Source: Schizochytrium sp. TIO01
Lineage: Eukaryota > Protista > Bigyra: Labyrinthulomycetes
Assembly (NCBI GenBank): GCA_004764695.1
Contig: SMSO01000037.1
Location: 472,747 to 536,746, forward strand
Length of the DNA stretch: 64,000 nucleotides
Direction of reading: 5' to 3'
Positions 22,895 through 31,688 of the stretch are shown here, one piece after another; position 1 is the stretch's first letter; the number at the start of each line of letters is the position of its first letter. Position numbers and translations under genes: made by a program. Below the pieces are notes generated by a model, which searched no databases, was not told where the DNA came from, and was given only the letters and a program-made list of their open reading frames with translations.

Positions 22895-23137
22895 CTCAGC
22901 AACCTTTGAGCACAAACACCCTCCCAAACCAATCAACGAAAAACAAGGTCTTGTTAGGTCCAAACTTTGGCCACAACTAAATCTGCCATCCTACTTGTAT
23001 AACGTATCAACTTCGGTACCTGCTGCAGAAAACTCTAGCGAACAACTTCTCCGTCATCTTGCGCAGCCCAGTTCAAGCTACTAGTCAGAACTACCTTGAA
23101 AAGGCCTAACAAATGGCCTATACTGAGTCATATTGAG

Positions 23138-23148
23138 AAAAAAAAAGA
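23138..23148 (-). terminator. Oligo-T RNA polymerase III terminator downstream of the tRNA
   Basis: T-run of about 9 nt on the sense strand immediately 3' of the tRNA. Confidence 0.7.
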
Positions 23149-23220
23149 AATCCACGCGGGAGATCGAATCCCGGACCACCCGCGTCGGAAACGGGCACTC
23201 TACCACTGAGCTACGCGGAC
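23149..23220 (-). tRNA. tRNA-Arg (anticodon CCG), atypical
   Basis: GTCCGCG TA GCTC AGTGGTA GAGT G CCCGT TTCCGAC GCGGG TGGTC CGGGA TTCGATC TCCCG CGTGGAT T folds into a full cloverleaf. A-box TAGCTCAGTGG present; followed by an oligo-T Pol III terminator. Confidence 0.85.
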
Positions 23221-23908
23221 TTCATAACTGAATGATCAGTTGTTAGTGAGGCAGCAATACACCAATATAAATATAGGTACACTGTACCTGTACTAAGTAT
23301 GGTTTTTTAGGCCTATACTTGCACAGTACTCTATAGCCCTTAATCTATGCCAATTCTTTCTTTTCCAGTGATTTTTTAATTTAAATTGAAAATAAAAGCA
23401 ATTGGTGGCAGATTAGCCTAATTTTTGCCTTGAACTTTGGGCTTTTTTAAAAAACAAAATTATGATCTCTTGAGGAAACCCAGACTATTCGCCTCTTGCC
23501 TTGAGTATAAGATTTCTTGCTTTTGCTATTCTCAGCAGGAGAGCAATCATGTCTTCACTATAAAAGGCTTATCTGTTAATACTAGTTTTTATATATGCTT
23601 GTATAACAAACGCCTTAAAAGTTCTTCAACTTGGTCTATTTAATTTGGAGGAAACAAAACTAGTATTATAGGTACACACCCTGAACTGACATGTCAACGG
23701 ATAGGCTCTGAAGATGAAGATAGAAATAGAGAGCGCTACACAGCACACGTTGCTCGCTTCCATCTTGAGGTCTCCTGATCTTGATCAGATATCACCATTA
23801 GGGTATTTCCAGGCACGGGTGCCGGTGACAATATTGCGGCACGGAAGCATAAGCAAGTGATTCTATTGTTATGCTTCGGAAAGGCTGAGAGCCTGCGTGG
23901 AAAAGCGC

Positions 23909-26554
23909 ATGGGTAGAGTATTACTTTGTCGCGGCAGTGGCCGACGAGTTCTTACTTGGCTTGTGGCACTTACGTTCCTTGCGTCACAAACTCATGAGGC
24001 CTCTGCAATAAACTGGGCAGAGTGCTCTGGTAATCGATCGCAAAACATTGTTGTACCGCACTACAATGGTTGGACGGCAAGGTGGGGGCATGGCTTAGTC
24101 GCAGACGAAACAAATGATCTGCTCTACCTGCTGGGAGGTGATGACTACCGTGGCTGGAGTGATGGTGGTGGGAAACTTCACAATGATGTTTGGAGAACAA
24201 CAGGGGCAAGCTGGGAACGTTTTACAAAGATAGTCACAAGTGAAGTGCGTATGTATTCCCAGCTCATCTGGCGTCGTGTCTGGCCAGACAAACTACCACC
24301 ATCAGGGTATGATTACTATGAGTGGATTGAATGTCTTACACGACCATGGCAAGGATCTCCAGTTTGTTCAACTAGTGATGACCCGTTTAATGGAGATCTA
24401 CGAAGGTGGTCGCCACGACGAAATCATGCAACAACATACTGGAAACGCTCCTCAGGAGACTCTGAAGTCATTTGGGTCATTGGCGGCTTAGCAGCAGACG
24501 AAACTGGTACAGGGGAGGATCATATCGTACGTTTACGTAATGACGTTTGGGCATCTGCTGATGGAATTACCTGGGACCTTGTGAACCCTGGCTGTCGTTA
24601 CGAAGATGTTCAAGCAAGTCCTGGATTGGGTGCAGAGTTTTCAACGTGCACAAGCAGTGTCGATTGCTATGGCGATTCTAAATGCATAAACTCTGAAACT
24701 CAAGCAGAGGTCACTAGTGCAGCGCAAGGTGGTGGTCGTTGTTCATGCTCGATCTTTCGCCCCCGTGAACGACATGCTGTTGCTGTATATGGTGGGAATC
24801 TCTATTTAAGTGGTGGTATTACACATATTCGTGCAACAGACTGTGGAGATTTCCCTTGCAATGAAGGTGGTTATGCGACTGTAGCTGATGATATCTGGTA
24901 TTCATCTGATGGAGCTACATGGACCCAACTGGAGGCACTATCGCATGCCTATGCAGATCATGGTCTACTACCTCTGAATGGATATCTGTGGCTTGTCTCC
25001 ATGGGACAGGATATTGTAAATGCTCTTGAAACCACTTCAAGTGTTCAAGATAGATCTCTTTCAGTTCATGCACAAGGTGGAAAGTATCTCGTTGGTCTAG
25101 ACTGGCCGCGTACAACTGAACAGCGGAATGTGGGACCAGACTTTGACGAGGACTTTGTCTATGTTGCCTCGAGCGAAGATATTTACAAATATACAATCGG
25201 TAGTGGATGGGCCAAAATCTCGAATGATACCAACAATGTACCTGGGACTGTGAATGTCTGGGAAGATGCCCCAGTGTGGCGCATTCAAGGCGATATGACA
25301 GATGCTGACGCAACTGCTCTGGAGGCACGAGGGATTACTACATTACGCCAGCTTGCAGCGGTTGGACCTCAAACTACAGTCTCACTTCGTGAAGATGATG
25401 GTGTTTACTACATTTGTAGATACAAGTACAGAGCTTTGGCAGTTTTGAATAAATGCGCTTTTCAACCCGAATATGGCGATGGGTATTGGAATGTGACATA
25501 CCGTGCAGAGGTCTTGTCTCCCATGACTAATCCAATGTTGCGTGGAAGTTCAGATGACGATAGTGATGATGACAGCAGTAGCAATTCAACTGAGGAATCG
25601 CATTACATTTATGGATATGATGGATGTGTGCAGGCTCAGTTAGATGCAGAGAAAATCGCCTATCTCGATGAGATGCCAGAGTACCGTGCAGATGCGGCTG
25701 CTGGGCGAATTGATTTACAATGTCGCTGGGCATTTCCCGATCGTAGTCAGATTGGTGCCGTGAACTTTGGAGGAAAACTCTACATTGTAGGTGGTTTGAT
25801 TTCGCAGCGTAGCGATGATTGGGTCTATGAAGAGCGTGGTGATACTTGGTATCGCGATGACACCGTCCCAATGACTCTCATGCCTACGAAACCAGATGAT
25901 CGATCCTCAGATACCACATTTGCATTTTCGTGCGATGAAACTGATTGCCTCTTCGAATACAAGGTTGAAATTATTGACGAAGATGATTCCTCAGTCGCAG
26001 ACACTTTGCGCGACTGGACTATGAGCACGGGATCATCATTTGATCTCCTTGAATTATTTCCTGGAGGTGGACGATATCGTATGACAGCTCGAGCAATCGA
26101 TCCAGCCGGCAACATCGATGTAAATTACACAGAATCACGAAACCAGTATACGTGGACTTACATTCCAAAGGTACCTGTCGGTCTGGTCATGGGAATCCTC
26201 CTTATTTTTGCGCTTCTGGGTCTCGCTGTTTTCTTGGAGATGCGCCGTCGCAAGAAGAAAGCAGCATTGGAGCGGTACGCACTCAAGCGCATGCGCCGCA
26301 AGTTCAAGGGTATGCAAAAGCGCAACAAGAAGGAAAAGGGCAAATCTTCAAAGAAAAAGAAGGGCGACAAGAGCCGCGAGGCTGGAGGCAAGAAGAAGAA
26401 GAAAAAGAAGGACAAGGGCAAAAAGAGTGGCGATGGAGACAAGACCAAGAAAAAAAGAAGAAGGACAAGAAGCCCAAGGAAGGCATTTCTGCCGGTCCAG
26501 AAGACACAAAACGGAAGCGCAAGAAGAAGAAGAAGGCGTAAATCTAGTCCGTAG
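23909..26554 (+). CDS. Type I membrane protein: signal peptide, kelch-like repeats, Cys-rich module, Ig-like domain, TM helix, Lys-rich tail
   Basis: Hydrophobic VLTWLVALTFLASQTHEASA; repeated LYLLGG..NDVW, WVIGG..NDVWASADGITW, LYLSGG..DDIWYSSDGATW, LYIVGG; Cys cluster CTSSVDC..C..CSC; YRMTARAIDPAGNID; TM VGLVMGILLIFALLGLAVFL followed by RRRKK. The true stop may be at 26541 (see findings). Confidence 0.9.
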   Translation: MGRVLLCRGSGRRVLTWLVALTFLASQTHEASAINWAECSGNRSQNIVVPHYNGWTARWGHGLVADETNDLLYLLGGDDYRGWSDGGGKLHNDVWRTTGASWERFTKIVTSEVRMYSQLIWRRVWPDKLPPSGYDYYEWIECLTRPWQGSPVCSTSDDPFNGDLRRWSPRRNHATTYWKRSSGDSEVIWVIGGLAADETGTGEDHIVRLRNDVWASADGITWDLVNPGCRYEDVQASPGLGAEFSTCTSSVDCYGDSKCINSETQAEVTSAAQGGGRCSCSIFRPRERHAVAVYGGNLYLSGGITHIRATDCGDFPCNEGGYATVADDIWYSSDGATWTQLEALSHAYADHGLLPLNGYLWLVSMGQDIVNALETTSSVQDRSLSVHAQGGKYLVGLDWPRTTEQRNVGPDFDEDFVYVASSEDIYKYTIGSGWAKISNDTNNVPGTVNVWEDAPVWRIQGDMTDADATALEARGITTLRQLAAVGPQTTVSLREDDGVYYICRYKYRALAVLNKCAFQPEYGDGYWNVTYRAEVLSPMTNPMLRGSSDDDSDDDSSSNSTEESHYIYGYDGCVQAQLDAEKIAYLDEMPEYRADAAAGRIDLQCRWAFPDRSQIGAVNFGGKLYIVGGLISQRSDDWVYEERGDTWYRDDTVPMTLMPTKPDDRSSDTTFAFSCDETDCLFEYKVEIIDEDDSSVADTLRDWTMSTGSSFDLLELFPGGGRYRMTARAIDPAGNIDVNYTESRNQYTWTYIPKVPVGLVMGILLIFALLGLAVFLEMRRRKKKAALERYALKRMRRKFKGMQKRNKKEKGKSSKKKKGDKSREAGGKKKKKKKDKGKKSGDGDKTKKKRRRTRSPRKAFLPVQKTQNGSARRRRRRKSSP

Positions 26555-27639
26555 CTTGGACTCTAGTAAATGTAGTCTTACACAATTTTGCGCTCATGCA
26601 ACATGGAAAGCTCGGGTGGCGCCCGTTGGATATCTCACAATCTTATTGGATAAACTGTTACTATAAATAGGCCTAAATAAACAAATATACATCAACCATT
26701 CGGGCAAGATTACCCTAGGTATACAAAAATGAAAGCTTTTAAAGCCAACTGCATTCAGAGCGAGTTTATTTTTTAACATTACACCAGCAACATTTCAAGA
26801 ATGAGTGATTCATCCACTGCAAATGTTAGCGCAGAGTTCAAGACACTAGGTTAAAAGTTATGAACCCAATAACGTTGACAACTTAAGAGCCATGAACCAT
26901 GAACCATGATCAAGGCCAATTTGTTTTGTGCGAGAACAACAACGGTAGTGCGCCTTTGCTCGATTTAGCAGTTAGCAACATCTTCTTGAGATTCTAAAGT
27001 CCAGATATGAATCATCAAAATCAAGTTTCTGAACAACCACCAGATAACAACACCCCTGCGAGAGTTAAAGCTCACACGGTTTTGGCCTCAGACATGCGTT
27101 GAGTCGTACTTGTCGCAATACACGACAGTGCACCGTTCAGACTGTCTAAGATCACGACAAAATTTAAGTGGAATGTCGTCTCTAACAAGTCGATGCACCT
27201 CTTAAAGAACGATAGATATCTATCTCTATACAGGGTCTGGTACTAAGTAATGCCTAGGTCCTCCATGCTCGTCAGAAGCCTTTTCGAGAAGCCAGCCATT
27301 CAGGAACAAATTCTACGTGGCTAAATAGTGCCTCCCTTTTGAGGTGATGCGCATCACTTTTCGGCGATGGCCTAAAGTTCCCAGAACTTTATAATATTTG
27401 TCTCGTGAAAGAGGAATCCCATTCGGGTTCCTAGCAACAGGCCATCTATCTGTATTCATGCAGGAACCCATCTACCGCATCACAGCTTTCCTGAGTCTCT
27501 GCTTGCCGAGTAAGCCGTTCGCGGCGTCATGGTTACAGCGCTTCAAACCCCTTTCCTGACATCGAGTGCTCTCCGTCCACCTGAGCGATGATCGATTTCG
27601 CAGCCAACAATCGCAGCCCTTGTGCTCCTTTGATTCCCC

Positions 27640-27790
27640 TCCACAGAAAGTATTTATGTATCTGGGTATCCAGGTATCCAGGTACCTAACTAGATACTAG
27701 CCAGCCTGGTTCACCCTCGTCCCAGTTCTCCACACCGCTTGTTGATCCAGGGTTCCGCAGCAAGTTCTCGCGATCCTCAAATCGACTGGT
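27640..27790 (-). pseudogene. Relic of an FBA/galactose-binding-like domain within a larger GC-rich decayed region (about 27.4-29.9 kb)
   Basis: Minus frame FEDRENLLRNPGSTSGVENWDEGEPGWLVSS*VPGYLDTQIHKYF resembles the FBA domain start NLLRNP..E.G...W......W.V....KYF; flanked by stops. Confidence 0.35.
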
Positions 27791-30304
27791 CTATGATTAT
27801 CCTCAAGAATGCAAGTTGGCACTGACCTCAAATTGAAGTGAAGAAGCAGCCACGCTTGAAAGCAAGCGCACACCTTTATCCAAGGCTCAGTGGTGAGCAC
27901 CCTCGGACATAGACATGAGCCTGCAAAGATCGCACCGAACAGAGAAGTCTTCTTGGAGGTGGGGAAAGCTTCGCTGTTCGGCGCCAGCTCGGCTGCTTCC
28001 TTGTTCCCCCCTCTGTCTTGGCTCCGGTACATAGACGCTTCTTTGTTCTCATTATTGACCTATATACAGTAAACCATAGGATTGCCGTCTAGTGGCGCTT
28101 GGAGAAAGAAAAGTTTGCCCAGGTCTACTACCACGTCTGTCGCACAATCTTTTGAGCAAGGCGTGCGTGGCATTCCTGCACCGCTGCCTCGACATATAAA
28201 ACAGAGGCATTGAGGGCTCCGGGGAGAGTTCCGGGCCTAACTCACACGCTTTCAGCAGAGTCCAGAAGGAGCCACGGCCTGCAGGGTCCGTAACTGGTCG
28301 ATCTGTCTCGAAAGCGACTCGATCTTGAAGCCAGATCCGCTCTCTTCAATCTCACGCATTTCTTTTTTATGATGGTCGATGATAAACTTTGAAAGCAGCC
28401 AAATAAGGATAGAAAAAAAAGAATTAAAAAATCTAATAAAAGAAACAAATAACTACAAGCACATATATTTTATTTTAAAAAATAAAAGAAGATGATGGAT
28501 TACGGTAAGTAAGGCTATATAGTCTAAAGTTGAACATTTCTCTTTCCACCAGAGTTAAAATTGCGCCGCAGAGTCCAATACAGCTGCGATGAGGCACAAG
28601 AGCGAGGGGGGCAGAGAGGGCCGAGCCGTCTTGAGTTTTAAATAGAGTGCAAAGGTGGCGTAGTGAGACCTCTGGCAGCTCTCGTGCAAAGACTTCAAGC
28701 ACACCCCTGGGCGTAACCACGGCAAAACCCGTAGCTTGGTTTCCGAAGCACAGAGTGGCAGGTTCCACGGCACCGCCCCAGTGTCGGCACGGAGCGGCGA
28801 GACTTTGTAGAACTACTTCCCAGGTGACCCCCATCGTCCATGTAAGCTTCAGAAACTCCAAGCGCTCGAGGGGCCTCTATGGACGTTCCAACATTAGTCC
28901 AGGTGAGTGTCTCCACTGCAAACTCACCACTCAGCAGGAGAGACCCTCTTAGGACACGGCACAGTCCCCTTCACCACACATCTCCACTGCGGAGGAATTT
29001 CCTCGCTCCGAGGGGCATTACGGCAGTGGAGTAGGGGAGGCTCTCCACTGCCATGGCCCCCTCAGTATGCTCCCAGGATGGCCCCTCTCTGGAGCAGCGG
29101 TGAAATATAAATTTGTGTTGTCCTCCACATTCCATGATATCCTTCAAGGCCCTCGACTTGCTTTCCTCTTTCGCGTTCTTCCCGTGTCCGTCTGCTTTGA
29201 CCCTCGAGACCAACTCGAGGCGGTCCTACCTCTCCGTATGGCGCAAACATTAGGACTCCTCCTCGCTCATCTCCGTGCTTAGCTAGCTAGCTCCCTGTAG
29301 ATTTGCGGAAAACCAGACCTCTGATCAGGGCAGCGATGAGGCGAGCATCGGCCTTCGCTGGCTTCCATGAGGCCGCAGGGAGTGGTGTAGTTGGGCTCAG
29401 CCATCGCGATCTTTTGCCGGCTTCTCCTGAAGGTTCGTCCGGTGCAGTTGGGCTTTCTTGGCTTCGTTCATTTTGCTCGATTTGGTGACTTTCACACAGC
29501 TTACGTTCGAACACAGCAGGGACCTAGGAGGTACCAGTACCAGGTAGCACCTGCTTTTCTGAAGAGGCGCAAGACCACTGCTAGCACGCCGCGGCAAGTC
29601 CTGTAGTTTGCGGTAGCTGGTACCCCATATAAAACCTGTATGTAAATTTGAGTGGCGCTGCGATGCAAAAAGATTATTTTTATTTCAAAGTTATGTTGGA
29701 GGACGAATAAATAATAAAATAGTTTTTTAAACTGTCTAAACTAGTCCATTTCGAGACCGAGCGAAGGAGCTCGTTCATTTATGGGCATGGAGGCAAGAGG
29801 GCTTCGAGACTTATCGGCGGCACAAGGGCCACCTTTGGGGGATCCGGGAGCAGCCAGAAGCAGCTTTTCTAGACCGGATGTTGAATAACCATCGAATGCC
29901 ACGCACTGTTTTCTTGAGTCCACTTTAGAAACCTGGAGATTGCTGCCGTGCTGAAAGAGTTACTTGTTTACCTATGGTATTATTATACACAGCCTATGGT
30001 TATGTATTATTTGTTTTGATGAAACAAAAAAGTTTTCTAGAGAAAGGTTGAAAAGTTGTTTTGGAAAGTGAAGAACTTAAGAAAGGCTGCGATTCATAAG
30101 TTTTTTTCCCTCTTTTCTGTTTGTTCGCTCATTGTTTCCTATTCCCAATCAAATAATTCGTCGCTCACTTCACTCCATTTCTGCTTCTAAAGCCACACGC
30201 ACCGAGCCCAGCGCGACCAGCAAGCTCTCAATCTAAGCAGGACCTCTGAGGAGAACGTCCACACGCTCACACGCTCACACGCCCGCTCACGCTTTCACGT
30301 ACAT

Positions 30305-30305
30305 A

Positions 30306-30337
<32 letters not shown>
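30305..30337. repeat. (ACGC)n microsatellite in the HSF upstream region
   Basis: About 8 units preceded by CACACGCT-type repeats. Confidence 0.9.
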
Positions 30338-31688
30338 GTTTCGAAGCTCGGTCTCTCGCAGGGTCGGGTTGCTTTGTGTCACGCCTCGGGCGTCTCGGTG
30401 AATCCCGTCACTTCGAACAACAGACGGGCTAAGGACCTCTCAGTCTCGTCGAACCAGCGAAGCAGTCTCGTAGCAGGGCCGGTGGAGACTTACGTTGAAT
30501 TCTAGTCTTGCTTTTCAAGCACATTGAGTGAGGCGTTAACAGTTCAAGGTCGCTCGCTGCAAGTCGCGTCGTTGGGTACGTGTTATTCTCCAATCCGGTT
30601 TATGCTCCTGGTGCTCTTCTTTTATTCTCATCGTCTTCATTCTTGCAGGCTCATTGACGAGAAGGCGTTTGGTTTGATTAGAGACCAAACGTTGATGCAC
30701 TTGCAGACAAACCTACAAACAAGCAAGGGTTGAAACGCCTCGCTACAACGAGACAAGTAAGTAAAGTTGCCACCGGAAGGTAGTTTCCTCCTGAATTGGT
30801 TGGAGAGGATTGCCTTTTCTCAAATACATTCTTTTACAGTCTAAACAATAACAGCTCTGTATACACATAGTAGAGTAAGCGGGTGGATTTTTCATTCTGG
30901 AGCCATTGTTCAATCGTGAAGACTATCCTGCGAAGGCTTCCTAGATATTCGGGTTACAATAAAAGAAACAGAAGAGAGATAAAAAAAAAAACTTCAATAG
31001 GGTCATCTCACTTGACTCACAATCTACCTTCTCGAGGATCCAGGTGGCAAAAGTTTAATCTCGCCTAACAAATTTCGGGAGCTACAGTTTGTGTTGAGTC
31101 AAAATTCCTAGATCGAAGCTACAAAAGGGGCGTGGCGTTACAAAAGGCTGGGTCCGGATCACCTCCGGGACGTGCCGTGAACCCTCTACCAGCGAACCTG
31201 GATTTGCTTTCTACACACTAGAACTTCTTTATTCTTGCACTGGTGTGAGTCGTACGCTTCCTTTAGAAGGTATTCAAGGATCAAGTTTGGTTTGTAATGG
31301 TCCATTGATTGGCATTTTTCTTATCGTTCCTCCATTCTTTTGAGAGCACTAGGGAGTCTTTTTTTTGTTTAATAATCCTGTTTGGGTGGTTCCTTAGTAG
31401 TTCTCTCTCTCTCTTTCTTTTTTCTTCCTCTCACTCGGCGTCATCAAAGTGGAACTAGTGACGAGTTGGCTATAATAGCCTCTCTCTCTCGGGTATTTCC
31501 CCTCGAAAATTAAACGTCTCATAGTTAGGTAGGTGGTTGCCACACTTGCTAACTGCATCCTTTGTGCAAACCAGGGCAGCAGAGCACCAACCTTCTTTTA
31601 CCTAATCGCTTGCGCAAGCAATCATTCGTTCTCAGGGTACTCGGCCGCGTTCAAATAAACAAACACACATCTATCTAGCTGAAGCACA

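Noticed and set aside
30200-31688. Heat-shock elements for HSF autoregulation
   Set aside because: Only isolated GAA/TTC pairs with the wrong spacing; no three-unit nGAAn array found by eye.
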